Assembly: GCA_964414415.1 (NCBI GenBank)
Contig: CAYPWJ010000002.1
Coordinates: 53,300-108,315, forward strand
Source of the DNA: an uncultured Thermoplasmatales archaeon
Lineage (GTDB): Archaea; Thermoplasmatota; E2; UBA202; DSCA01
Direction of reading: 5' to 3'
Length of the DNA: 55,016 nucleotides
The translations under genes were made by a program, and so were the position numbers. Under the pieces are notes generated by a model. The model saw only the letters and a program-made list of their open reading frames with translations. It made no database searches and was not told the origin of the DNA. Shown here one piece after another: positions 27,559 to 36,725 of this stretch (position 1 is its first letter; each line of letters begins with the position of its first letter).

Positions 27559-28394
27559 GCGTGACGGCATTTGCGCCGGGCCACGTCACCGGTTTCTTCG
27601 AGATATGCAGCGCCGACGATCCCGCCAGGGCGGGCTCCCGCGGTGCCGGCATCTGCCTCTCGAGGGGCGCCATCTCGGTCGTTGAACGCCGTGCCCACCG
27701 CACCACGGTGACGGTCGACGATGTGCCGGGCGCCCCCGTCACACGTGACGCCATCCGGCTGCTCACCGACCGCCATGTCGAGGCGCATGTAACGCTGCAG
27801 CTGCCCCAGTCACAGGGATTCGGCATGAGCGCTGCGGGAACACTGGCGACGACCGTCGCCACGGCGGCGCTGCTCGACCTTTCCAGGGATGCGGCGATAC
27901 GAGCCGCTCACCTTGCGGAGGTGCAGCACGCGACGGGCCTCGGCGACGTCGCACCTGCCGCCCGGGGCGGCGTCGAGATACGGGAGCAGCCGGGAGCCGC
28001 CGGCAACATTCGTCACATCGACAATGGCGGCGACATCGTCGTTGCCACGGTCGGCCCGCCGCTGGAGACATCATCGGTGCTGCACGATGCAGAGCAGCGG
28101 GCGAAGATAACACGCGTCGGCCGGCGATGCATGGAGGAGCTGCTTGCCGAGCCGTCACTCGAGCGGCTGATTACGCTGTCGAGGCGCTTCGCCGTCGAGA
28201 CAGGGCTGTTGACTCCAAGGCTGCGGGAGGTGCTGGAGGCCGTTGCGCCGCACGGCATGGCGGCGATGTGCATGCTGGGCAACGCCGTCTTCGCTAGGGG
28301 TGACACCGCTGCGCTTGTAGACGCGCTTTCACGCTCCGGCAGGGTCTGGACCTGCGAGATAGACACATCGGGCGCCCGTCTCTTGGAGCGATAG
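27555..28394 (+). CDS. Pantoate kinase (archaeal CoA pathway, GHMP-kinase fold). The ATG overlaps the coaBC stop (ATGA).
   Basis: VTAFAPGHVTGFF... and GFGMSAAGTLATTVA (GHMP-like motif). Archaeal PoK genes characteristically neighbour coaBC. Confidence 0.65.
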   Translation: MSVTAFAPGHVTGFFEICSADDPARAGSRGAGICLSRGAISVVERRAHRTTVTVDDVPGAPVTRDAIRLLTDRHVEAHVTLQLPQSQGFGMSAAGTLATTVATAALLDLSRDAAIRAAHLAEVQHATGLGDVAPAARGGVEIREQPGAAGNIRHIDNGGDIVVATVGPPLETSSVLHDAEQRAKITRVGRRCMEELLAEPSLERLITLSRRFAVETGLLTPRLREVLEAVAPHGMAAMCMLGNAVFARGDTAALVDALSRSGRVWTCEIDTSGARLLER

Positions 28395-28427
28395 ACACCT
28401 TTTTATAGCCGCTCTTTATCATGTCAC

Positions 28428-28616
28428 ATGGCCATATCCATCCTCGGCGTACAGATTCCGCTCTGGCTGCTGTTCCTCATCGTTATCGTCGTGTTGTTCG
28501 TCGGATGGAAGCTCATCAAGTTCGCGGTGAAGCTCCTCATCATCCTGGTCCTGATATTCGGCGTCCTGATGATCGGCGACCTCATATGGCCGTTTATCGC
28601 GTCGTGGCTGCCGTAG
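28428..28616 (+). CDS. Small two-TM membrane protein (62 aa), hypothetical.
   Basis: MAISILGVQIPLWLLFLIVIVVLFVGWKLIKFAVKLLIILVLIFGVLMIGDLIWPF gives two clear hydrophobic helices. Sits in an otherwise empty intergenic slot. Confidence 0.4.
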   Translation: MAISILGVQIPLWLLFLIVIVVLFVGWKLIKFAVKLLIILVLIFGVLMIGDLIWPFIASWLP

Positions 28617-28652
28617 AGTAAACCTTTAAACCATCGAGGTCTTCTTTTTTCC

Positions 28653-29822
28653 ATGTTGCTCGTCAAAGACGCTGCCGAGGTCTTCCTGCCTGACGGCTGC
28701 ACCAGCGATGTCTCCATCCTGGTGAAGGAGGGACGGATAGCGCGCATCGACAGCGACATCGATGCAGGCGACGCCGACGTTATCGATGCCGCAGGCAAGA
28801 CGGTGCTGCCCGGCTTCGTGGACTGCCACACCCACGCGGTCTTCGCTGGCTCCCGCGCGTTCGAGCTCGAGATGAAGCTCAAAGGCGCCAGCTACCGGGA
28901 GATAGCCGATGCAGGCGGCGGCATCGGGTATACGGTGCAGTGCACCCGCGATGCATCGCGTGAGGAGCTGTACGGACAGTCCCGCCGCCGCCTCGACGTG
29001 ATGCTCCGCCACGGCACCACGACGGCCGAGGTCAAAAGCGGGTACGGCCTCGACGTCGAGACAGAGATGAAGATCCTCCAGGTGGCCCGGCAGCTCGACG
29101 ACGCGCACTCCATAGACATCGTCCCGACCTTTCTCGGCGCCCACGCCGTCCCCGGCGACATGGAAAAAGAGGACTACATCCAGCTCGTCGTCGAGGAGAT
29201 GATACCCCGGGTTGCTGAGCGGCAGCTCGCTGTCTTCTGCGACGCATTTTGCGAGGAGGGCTACTTCACGCCCGACGACACGCGGCGCATCCTCAACGCC
29301 GGCGTCGAGCACGGCCTCACGCCCAAGGTACACGCAGACGAGTTCACCGACATCGGCGGGGCAGCGCTGGCAGCCGAATGCAACGCAGCCAGTGCAGACC
29401 ATCTCCTCATGGCATCCCGCGAGGGCATCGAGGCCATGGCCCATGCAGGCGTCGTGCCGGTGCTGCTCCCGGCAGTCCCGTTCTCCATGATGCAGGAGCG
29501 CTACGCCGACGCCCGCGCCATGCTCAAGGAGGGACTGCCCGTCGCCCTGGCGACTGATCTCAACCCGAACTGCTGGACGGAAAACATGCAGCTCGTCATC
29601 CAGCTCGCCTGCCTCCAGATGGGCATGACCCCGCGGGAGGCCATCGACGCCGCGACGATAAACGCAGCCCGCGCCGTCGGTCTGCATGAGCAGCTCGGGA
29701 GCATCGAGGTCGGCAAACAGGCGGATCTGCTCGTCCTGGACGCGCCCTCACACCGCTACGTTCCCTACCACTTCGGCGTCAACCTCGTCGACACGGTCAT
29801 CAAGGCCGGGGCCGTGGTATGA
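28653..29822 (+). CDS. Imidazolonepropionase-like amidohydrolase (HutI family).
   Basis: GFVDCHTHAVFAGSRAFELEMKLKGASYREIADAGGGIGYTV parallels HutI (G.IDCHTH.VF.G.RA.EFE..L.G.SY.EI...GGGI.STV). KVHADE..., HADE-type metal ligands. No other hut genes nearby. Confidence 0.7.
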   Translation: MLLVKDAAEVFLPDGCTSDVSILVKEGRIARIDSDIDAGDADVIDAAGKTVLPGFVDCHTHAVFAGSRAFELEMKLKGASYREIADAGGGIGYTVQCTRDASREELYGQSRRRLDVMLRHGTTTAEVKSGYGLDVETEMKILQVARQLDDAHSIDIVPTFLGAHAVPGDMEKEDYIQLVVEEMIPRVAERQLAVFCDAFCEEGYFTPDDTRRILNAGVEHGLTPKVHADEFTDIGGAALAAECNAASADHLLMASREGIEAMAHAGVVPVLLPAVPFSMMQERYADARAMLKEGLPVALATDLNPNCWTENMQLVIQLACLQMGMTPREAIDAATINAARAVGLHEQLGSIEVGKQADLLVLDAPSHRYVPYHFGVNLVDTVIKAGAVV

Positions 29823-30445
29823 ACGCCGTCGCGCTGCTCTCCGGCGGCATCGACTCGCCCGTCGCATTGTACGTCATGGCCCGACGGATGGACTGCACCG
29901 CCCTCTTCATGGACATCCAGCCCTACGGCGGGGAGCCCCGGGACAAGCTGCCGCTGCTCGTCCGCCGGGTGGAGCAGGCCACCGATGCCTCGATCCCGCT
30001 CTGGGTGGCGCCGTTCGGCCGGACCGTCCAGCGGGAGATACAGCGACATCCACGACGGCGGTACCGCTGCCTGCTCTGCAAGCGCATGATGTACCGCGTT
30101 GCCGCGCGGCTGGCCGACGCCGTCGGCGCCGATATACTGGTCACGGGGGAAAACCTGGGGCAGGTAGCCTCCCAGACGCTCGCCAACCTCCGGGCGATCG
30201 ACGATGCCGTGTCGATGCCGGTCATCCGGCCGCTCATCGGGCTGGACAAGCAGGAGATCATCGACATAGCGCGGCGCATCGGGACGTACAGCCGCTCGAT
30301 CGCCGGCGGCGCATCATGCAGCCTGGTGCCATCCCGGCCGGCTACCAGGTCGACCCCCGGGGCGCTCCGGGAGGAAGAAGCACAGCTGGACGTACAGCCA
30401 CTGGTTGCAGCCGCCGTGGAGCAGCTCACGCGAGAGAAACTTTAA
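29819..30445 (+). CDS. ThiI-like PP-loop ATP pyrophosphatase domain protein (tRNA 4-thiouridine / sulfur-carrier adenylyltransferase family) lacking a THUMP domain.
   Basis: LLSGGIDSPVA (PP-loop), TGENLGQVASQTLANL (ThiI signature), PVIRPLIGLDKQEIIDIARRIGT, CxxC pair RYRCLLCKR. Only 208 aa. Confidence 0.7.
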   Translation: MNAVALLSGGIDSPVALYVMARRMDCTALFMDIQPYGGEPRDKLPLLVRRVEQATDASIPLWVAPFGRTVQREIQRHPRRRYRCLLCKRMMYRVAARLADAVGADILVTGENLGQVASQTLANLRAIDDAVSMPVIRPLIGLDKQEIIDIARRIGTYSRSIAGGASCSLVPSRPATRSTPGALREEEAQLDVQPLVAAAVEQLTREKL

Positions 30446-30471
30446 AAAATACGCCTCCATTACCCCACGTT

Positions 30472-30545
30472 GGGCTCTTGGTCTAGCTGGTTATGACGTC
30501 GCCTTGACATGGCGGAGGTCCTGGGTTCAAACCCCAGAGAGCCCA
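30472..30545 (+). tRNA. tRNA-Val (anticodon GAC).
   Basis: Cloverleaf: acceptor GGGCTCT/AGAGCCC, anticodon stem CGCC-loop TTGACAT-GGCG, T-arm CTGGG TTCAAAC CCCAG, discriminator A. Coordinates +/-1. Confidence 0.8.
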
Positions 30546-30553
30546 CTCATCCG

Positions 30554-30638
30554 GCAGGGGTAGCCAAGCCAGGTTAACGGCGCAGCGTTCAGGGCGCTGT
30601 CCTGCAGAGGTCCAAGGGTTCAAATCCCTTCCCCTGCA
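30554..30638 (+). tRNA. tRNA-Leu (anticodon CAG), class II with a long variable arm.
   Basis: Acceptor GCAGGGG/CCCCTGC, anticodon stem CAGCG-loop TTCAGGG-CGCTG, long variable arm TCCTGCAGAGGTCC, T-arm AAGGG TTCAAAT CCCTT. Coordinates +/-1. Confidence 0.8.
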
Positions 30639-30673
30639 TTTTTGCTCCCGAGCAGCGACGGCAAAAATAGCAA

Positions 30674-31729
30674 GTGTTAAGAAACAACCCGGCGTTGCAC
30701 TACACCATGGATCTCGACGACCGGCAGGGCATGGCGTCGCTCGACCCTGCAGGCATGCTCGACGAGACAGCCGCGTTCCCACGGCACATCCGCGATGCAG
30801 CCCGGCTTGGTGCGGCAGCGCCGGCCATAGAGGGAGAGATTGACGAGATGCTCTTCGTCGGCATGGGTGGCTCGGCCATCGGCGGCGAGCTGCTGCAGCA
30901 GCTGCTCATCGACAGCTGTCCCGTCCCCATCATGGTGCACCGCGGCTACGAGCTGCCGGCCTGGGCCGACGAGACAACGCTGGTTGTGGCGACGAGCTAC
31001 AGCGGCAACACCGCCGAGACGTTGTCCTGTTTCCGGCAGGCGCTCAAGCGCGGCTGCGCCACCATGTCGATTTCCTCCAACGGCGCTCTGGAGCAGCTCT
31101 CCGGCAGTGCAGACTGCCACGTCGCGATTCCACAGGGAATGCAGCCCCGTGCCGCCATCGCCTACCTCATGGTGCCGCCGTTGAAGGCCATCGAGCGATG
31201 TGGCCTGACACCACTGCCCGACATGCAGCAGCTCGCCGACGACATCGCTGCATATAGCGAGCGACTGACCCCGGATGTGCCGCAGGCCGGCAACCCGGCG
31301 AAGCAGCTCGCCGACGACATGCATGGTTTGCCCATAATTTACGGCCACGGGTACCTCGGGGCCGTGGCGACCAGGTGGCGCCAGCAGTTCAACGAGAACG
31401 CACAGATAGCGGCCGCCGACTTCGCCGTTCCGGAGGCGAACCACAACGAGCTCATGGCCTGGGCCGGCGGGCAGCAGCGGGACGTCACCTGCCTGTTTCT
31501 ACGCCAGCCTGACGAGCCGGACGCAATCGCCAGGCGCTTCGCGTACATGGCGGACACCTATGGAGGACATGCCCACATTATCCGGGTGACGGCCCAGGGA
31601 AAGAATCGGCTCGCCCGGCTGCTTTCCACGGTGCACCTTGGCGACTGGGTCAGCGTCTACCTGGCGCTCCGCCGCGACGTCGACCCGACGCCGGTGTCGC
31701 TCATAGAGGACTTGAAGCGCCATCTGTAG
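30674..31729 (+). CDS. Bifunctional phosphoglucose/phosphomannose isomerase (archaeal PGI/PMI, SIS domain). Alternative ATG start at about 30707.
   Basis: LFVGMGGSAIGGELL, VATSYSGNTAETL (SIS motifs), C-terminal HLGDWVSVYLA. Confidence 0.8.
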   Translation: MLRNNPALHYTMDLDDRQGMASLDPAGMLDETAAFPRHIRDAARLGAAAPAIEGEIDEMLFVGMGGSAIGGELLQQLLIDSCPVPIMVHRGYELPAWADETTLVVATSYSGNTAETLSCFRQALKRGCATMSISSNGALEQLSGSADCHVAIPQGMQPRAAIAYLMVPPLKAIERCGLTPLPDMQQLADDIAAYSERLTPDVPQAGNPAKQLADDMHGLPIIYGHGYLGAVATRWRQQFNENAQIAAADFAVPEANHNELMAWAGGQQRDVTCLFLRQPDEPDAIARRFAYMADTYGGHAHIIRVTAQGKNRLARLLSTVHLGDWVSVYLALRRDVDPTPVSLIEDLKRHL

Positions 31730-31754
31730 GGTGATCAGCACTCAAGATCTTCAT

Positions 31755-31850
31755 CATTGAACCCTTTCTTTCCGGCGGCAACGGATGGCTGCACCGGAGC
31801 GAACGTTTCTTTCCGATGAAACGCTTTCTTTTTAAAAGAAAGGGTTCTCA
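31755..31850 (+). promoter_or_regulatory. Cluster of GAAC(C/G)YTTCTTTCC-like repeats (3 direct, 1 inverted) upstream of the F390-synthetase-like gene. Candidate operator array or structured leader.
   Basis: TGAACCCTTTCTTTCC, GAACGTTTCTTTCC, GAAACGCTTTCTTTTT, and the inverted copy AAAGAAAGGGTTC. TATA-like AAGTATTTATACC at about 31922. Confidence 0.35.
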
Positions 31851-31959
31851 GCAAGGGTTCGCTCATCACCATCCTGCAATAGACACGGCGCTTAAAATGC
31901 TTTCTCCTTCTTGGCCGCTCAAAGTATTTATACCGACACATGGTTCATAGAAACGGCGT

Positions 31960-33336
31960 ATGCATACCCTCCTCAACCCCCGGGTCATGTACTGTCTGCT
32001 CAAGGGGTATCTTCGGGATAAAGACCGGGTGTGGCGGGCCAGCCAGCGGGACATCCGGCGTCTGCAGGACAGGGCGCTGCAACGCATGGTGCGCTACGCC
32101 TACGAGGTTCCGCTCTACCGGCGGAAGTACCGCGATGCTGGCGTCCATCCCGACGATATCTCAGGCGTTGCAGACATCAAACAACTGCCCTTTGTCTCGA
32201 AGGACGAGCTGCGTCGTCACTTCCCTGACGGCGTCGTCCACCCCAGTTTTGATAGGGACAGCGGGCACCTGGTGAGCACCTCCGGGTCGACGGGCCAGCC
32301 GGTGTCGCTCTACACCGACACGACGGCCATCATCAGGGCCCTCCTCGGTTTTCTGCGGGAGATACAGGAGTACGGCGTCGACTGGCGCCGCACACGGATG
32401 AGCGTCATCGCCGACATCGAGGAACACGCGGTGGAGGAGGCCTACCTGCAGGGCAGCGTCATGCCGGCCATCCGGAAGCTCTTTCCCCTCGACAACCTCC
32501 AGATCCTGCATGTTGGCGACGACCCCCGGCACCTCATCCAGCGTATCGACGACTTCGAGCCTGAGTTCCTGGGCGGCTACCCGGGCGTGCTCCGCGCCCT
32601 GGCGGTATTGAAGCGGAAGGGCTACGGGGAGCATATAGCGCCGCGGACGGTGTCATCCTCCGGAGCCGTGCTGGACGACTACACCCGGCGGTACATCGAG
32701 GATGCCTTCGCCGCGCCGCTCTACGACGTCTACGGCTCCACGGAGGCCGGGCCGGTGGCCTTTGAATGCCGGAACCATCACTATCACATTCACTCTGACC
32801 TCGTCTATCTCGAGCTGCTGGATGAAGACGGCAGCGACGTTCCACCCGGTGAGCCCGGCCGGCTTGTCATCACCCGTCTCTACGGGCGGGGCACACCGGT
32901 CATCCGCTACACGGGCATGGATGACATCCTGGTGCCGCTGGAGGAGCGATGCCAGTGCGGCATCAACACCCCCGTTATCGGCCGGCTGGGCGGCCGCAAG
33001 GTCGACGCCATCGTGCTGCCCGACGGCGACATCATCCCGCCGTTTTCCATCACGGGCATCCCCGGCGAGGTCATGAAGCAATATGAGACCGACAAGATAA
33101 AGCAATTCCAGATCGTGCAGGAAAGCTTCGACGAGCTGACGTTCCGCCTGGTCATCGACGACGAGCTCCGCGACGCCGGCCCATCGCTGGAGACAATCAG
33201 CGAGCAGATAACACGTGAATGCCGGCACAGGGTCGGCCCGAACATGAAGATAACCGTGCAGGAGGTCGACGCCATCGGCGACGCCGGTGCCTCGAAGCCG
33301 CCCGTGCTGGTCTCGAAGGTAAACGGCGAAGCATAA
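31960..33336 (+). CDS. Coenzyme F390 synthetase / phenylacetate-CoA ligase family adenylate-forming enzyme.
   Basis: VSTSGSTGQPV (AMP-binding P-loop), DVYGSTEAG, RYTGMDDI. Domain order typical of PaaK/FtsA-like ligases. Confidence 0.75.
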   Translation: MHTLLNPRVMYCLLKGYLRDKDRVWRASQRDIRRLQDRALQRMVRYAYEVPLYRRKYRDAGVHPDDISGVADIKQLPFVSKDELRRHFPDGVVHPSFDRDSGHLVSTSGSTGQPVSLYTDTTAIIRALLGFLREIQEYGVDWRRTRMSVIADIEEHAVEEAYLQGSVMPAIRKLFPLDNLQILHVGDDPRHLIQRIDDFEPEFLGGYPGVLRALAVLKRKGYGEHIAPRTVSSSGAVLDDYTRRYIEDAFAAPLYDVYGSTEAGPVAFECRNHHYHIHSDLVYLELLDEDGSDVPPGEPGRLVITRLYGRGTPVIRYTGMDDILVPLEERCQCGINTPVIGRLGGRKVDAIVLPDGDIIPPFSITGIPGEVMKQYETDKIKQFQIVQESFDELTFRLVIDDELRDAGPSLETISEQITRECRHRVGPNMKITVQEVDAIGDAGASKPPVLVSKVNGEA

Positions 33337-33354
33337 CTGTTTTTATAGCGTCGT

Positions 33355-33921
33355 GTGCATTGCACGTTCATGCATGCAATCGCGTTTACCGGTCTCCCCG
33401 GCTCAGGCAAGAGCGAGGCTGTCGCCGTCGCAGAGCGACAGGGATGGACCGTCATCCGGATGGGTGACGAGGTCCGGGCGGAGGCACAGCGCCGGGAGGT
33501 GAAGCCCACCGATACAAACCTGGGGAGCATCGCCGACGAACTCCGCCGTCAGGCGGGCATGGACATATGGGCCCGCCGGTCGCTGCCGAGCGAAGCGGAC
33601 AGGGCTGTCATCGACGGCATTCGGAACATCCAAGAAGTCGAGTTCTTCCGCGAGCAGCTCGACGACTTCGTCCTCGTCGCCGTCCACGCCTCGCCGTCCA
33701 CCCGATACCGGCGCTTGCGACAACGCGGCCGATCTGATGACGCGACGTCACGGCAGGCGTTCAAAAAACGCGACGAGCGGGAGCTCCGCTGGGGCATCGG
33801 CAGCGTGGTAGCCATGGCCGACGTTGTCATCGTCAACGAAGGCAGCCTGGAGGAGCTGCGAGAGAAGGTGGAACGCCTGATAGCAGATGTGGAGGCGGAG
33901 GAGCCGGGCAAAACTAATTAA
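33355..33921 (+). CDS. P-loop nucleotide kinase (UPF0200 / dephospho-CoA-kinase-like / adenylate-kinase-like family). The start is probably the Met at about 33370.
   Basis: IAFTGLPGSGKSE Walker A, DGIRNIQEVEFF. Confidence 0.6.
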   Translation: MHCTFMHAIAFTGLPGSGKSEAVAVAERQGWTVIRMGDEVRAEAQRREVKPTDTNLGSIADELRRQAGMDIWARRSLPSEADRAVIDGIRNIQEVEFFREQLDDFVLVAVHASPSTRYRRLRQRGRSDDATSRQAFKKRDERELRWGIGSVVAMADVVIVNEGSLEELREKVERLIADVEAEEPGKTN

Positions 33922-33943
33922 ACGGGTTTTTCTTGCCTCCCCC

Positions 33944-35194
33944 ATGGAGTACAAGGTCAAGGACATCGAGCTGGCCGACGAGGGCCGCCGGCTCATCGGC
34001 TGGGCCGAGGACCACATGCCCGTCCTGATGGACATCCGGGAGGATTTCAGGCAGCGCAGGCCGCTGGAGGATGTCACCGTTGGATGCTGTCTGCACGTCA
34101 CCAAGGAGACGGCAGTGCTGATGAAGACGCTGCACGCCGGCGGCGCCACGGTGGCACTGTGTGGCTCCAACCCGCTCTCCACGAACGACGCGGTGGCTGC
34201 TGCGCTGGCCGACGAGGGCATCCATGTCTACGCGTGGCGCGGGAACAGCGACGAGTACTACTGGGCGGTGAACAAGACGCTTGACTACCGGCCGCAGGTA
34301 ACGATGGACGACGGCGGCGATCTGGTTACCACGTTGCACACGGAGCGGCAGGAACTGCTTGAGCACGTCGTCGGCGGGACGGAGGAGACGACGACGGGTG
34401 TCAACCGGCAGCGGGTCATGGCCGAGCAGGGCGACCTGCGTTTCCCCTTGGTGGCGGTCAACGACGCGATGACCAAGCATTTCTTCGACAATCGCTACGG
34501 CACCGGCCAGTCAACCATCGACGGCATCCTCCGCGCCACCTCTCTGCTGCTCGCCGGCAAGACGTTCGTCGTGGCTGGCTACGGCTGGTGCGGCCGCGGC
34601 CTGGCGATGCGCGCCGAGGGGATGGGTGCCAACGTCGTCGTGTGCGAGGTGGACGAGATCCGGGCGCTCGAGGCCATCATGGATGGCTACCGGGTGATGC
34701 CGATGGTGGACGCTGCCCGCATAGGTGACATCTTCGTGACGGTGACCGGCAACAAGCACGTTATCAGCGAGGCGGCCATCGATGCGATGCAGGACGGCGC
34801 CGTCGTCGCCAACGCCGGCCACTTCGACAACGAGATCAACGTTCCATATCTGCATGAGCAGGCGGTGCAGGAGCACGACGTGCGCGAGAACACGCGACAA
34901 TATATCCTCCCGGACGGCCGGAGCATCTATCTGCTGGCCGAAGGTCGCCTCGTCAACCTTGCATCGGCGGAGGGCCACCCGAGCGAGGTCATGGACATGT
35001 CCTTCGCCAATCAGGCGCTGGTCGCCCGCTGGCTCACTTCGGAAGGCAGCGAGCTCGACACCCAGGTGTATCCGGTGCCGGATGACATCGACCGGGAGGT
35101 CGCCCGGCGCAAGCTCGCGACCATGGACGTCGCCATCGACACGCTGACCGCGGAGCAGCGGAGCTACATGGACGACTGGCGTGAAGGAACATGA
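33944..35194 (+). CDS. ahcY: S-adenosyl-L-homocysteine hydrolase.
   Basis: MEYKVKDIELADEGRRLIGWAEDHMPVLM, HVTKETAVLMKTL, NPLSTND, VVAGYGWCGRG (NAD-binding), HFDNEI. Confidence 0.9.
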   Translation: MEYKVKDIELADEGRRLIGWAEDHMPVLMDIREDFRQRRPLEDVTVGCCLHVTKETAVLMKTLHAGGATVALCGSNPLSTNDAVAAALADEGIHVYAWRGNSDEYYWAVNKTLDYRPQVTMDDGGDLVTTLHTERQELLEHVVGGTEETTTGVNRQRVMAEQGDLRFPLVAVNDAMTKHFFDNRYGTGQSTIDGILRATSLLLAGKTFVVAGYGWCGRGLAMRAEGMGANVVVCEVDEIRALEAIMDGYRVMPMVDAARIGDIFVTVTGNKHVISEAAIDAMQDGAVVANAGHFDNEINVPYLHEQAVQEHDVRENTRQYILPDGRSIYLLAEGRLVNLASAEGHPSEVMDMSFANQALVARWLTSEGSELDTQVYPVPDDIDREVARRKLATMDVAIDTLTAEQRSYMDDWREGT

Positions 35195-35937
35195 ACCAGG
35201 CAATCGAGCGTGCCGCCCGTGACCTCGTCGCCGCCGATACAGCCATCGCGCTGACCGGCGCCGGCGTATCGACGGAGTCCGGCATCCCTGACTTCCGGAG
35301 CAAGGACGGGCTGTGGAGCCGCTACGACATCCACGAGTACGGGCACATCGACGCCTTCCGGCGGAATCCGGGCAAGGTCTGGCGGATGCTGCGTGACATG
35401 CTCTCGATGCTGGATGCGGAGCCAAACCCGGCGCATTGTGCGCTTGCCGGGCTGGAATCGATGGGGCACCTTGACGCGGTCGTCACGCAGAATGTCGACA
35501 ACCTCCATCAGGAAGCCGGCAGCCAGACCGTCATCGAGTTCCACGGCAACTTTACCCGCGTGGTGTGCCAGCGCTGCGGACAACAACAGCCAGCGGAACA
35601 TCTTTCACTCGACGAGCTGCCGCCCCGGTGTGACTGCGGCGGTGTCCTGAAACCCGACGGTGTGTTTTTCGGCGAAGCGATTCCCCCCAAGGCGTATCGG
35701 CGGGCGATGGCGCTGGCGCAGGACTGCGACGTGCTGCTCGTGGTCGGCACCTCGGCGACGGTGTCGCCGGCGAATCAGCTCCCCTATCTGGTCAAAGCTG
35801 GAAACGGGACGGTCATCGAGGTCAACACGGAGGCTACGGAGCTCACCGGCGGCCTGTCCGACTACCTCATCCAGGGAAAAGCGGGCGAGATACTGCCCTG
35901 CATCGCCGACGCGGTCACTCGGGCCAGCCGCCAGTGA
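35191..35937 (+). CDS. cobB: NAD-dependent protein deacylase (Sir2 family).
   Basis: LTGAGVSTESGIPDFRS, QNVDNLH, Zn ribbon CQRCG...CDCGG, LVVGTSATVSPA. Confidence 0.9.
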   Translation: MNQAIERAARDLVAADTAIALTGAGVSTESGIPDFRSKDGLWSRYDIHEYGHIDAFRRNPGKVWRMLRDMLSMLDAEPNPAHCALAGLESMGHLDAVVTQNVDNLHQEAGSQTVIEFHGNFTRVVCQRCGQQQPAEHLSLDELPPRCDCGGVLKPDGVFFGEAIPPKAYRRAMALAQDCDVLLVVGTSATVSPANQLPYLVKAGNGTVIEVNTEATELTGGLSDYLIQGKAGEILPCIADAVTRASRQ

Positions 35938-36616
35938 TTTTTTCTGCTGCCCCGCGCTCGATCAGGATGTCGGCTGTTTTTTCAGGCAGGACGACCACGT
36001 CCTCCTCTGCAAGATCGTAGTTGTTCATGTCGCTGCCGACAAAGGACGGCATGTCCTGCAGCATCCGGAGCGTGACATCTGGCTCTGTCGGCTCCGCTGT
36101 CTCCCCGCCGGGTTTTGTTTCTGACTCTTCGGGCTCCTGCTGCCTCGGTTCCTCCGCGGTTGACTCCCGGGATGCTCCTTCCCCTGTATGTACCTCATCC
36201 GCCGGAGATGCCGCAGCTGGCTTCTCATCCCGCGAGAGCTTGCCTTCGAGTATATGCTGCCTATTTTCTCGGAGGAGCGCGACGAGGCGGTCGTAGAACC
36301 GACGCTCCTGCCTGGTGAGATGTTTTGGGGTGTTGGTCCCGCCGCGCGCCACTGACAGGGCGGCCTGCACCACCTTTTTTTCCCGCCGCTCAAAGATGCT
36401 CTTCCAGATGCGCTTGGTGTTGCGCAGCTCGTCGGAGATGAGCAGAACTTTCTTCGACGACGGGTTTTCCCGCCGTTCGTCCTCCAGTCGTCCCTCGAGC
36501 TCATGGATGTGCTGGAGGACTCCCTCGAAAAAGTCATCGCCGATGTTCATCAGTTCCGGCGACTGGCGCTCCCGCCGCTCAAGGCTGCGCAGCTTCGTGT
36601 AGTCAAACGTGCCCAT
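35915..36616 (-). CDS. Putative GINS subunit (Gins51/Gins15-like): alpha-helical A domain, an acidic linker, and a small C-terminal beta domain.
   Basis: N-terminus LRSLERRERQSPELMNIGDDFFEGVLQHIHELE resembles archaeal Gins51 (ER.SPEL..LP.DFY....YI). Located near priSL. Confidence 0.4.
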   Translation of the reverse strand: MGTFDYTKLRSLERRERQSPELMNIGDDFFEGVLQHIHELEGRLEDERRENPSSKKVLLISDELRNTKRIWKSIFERREKKVVQAALSVARGGTNTPKHLTRQERRFYDRLVALLRENRQHILEGKLSRDEKPAAASPADEVHTGEGASRESTAEEPRQQEPEESETKPGGETAEPTEPDVTLRMLQDMPSFVGSDMNNYDLAEEDVVVLPEKTADILIERGAAEKITGGWPE

Positions 36617-36725
36617 TCACAGCCACATCACCATCCCGATATTTATGTTTTGAGTGCCACGCCGCCGTCAGGAAACACAAGGCATTATGCTTATATAGTC
36701 TGTTCATTATATCGGTTGTGAAATA

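Noticed and set aside
30483-30782. 99-aa minus-strand ORF
   Set aside because: It overlaps both tRNA genes, which fold into canonical cloverleaves.
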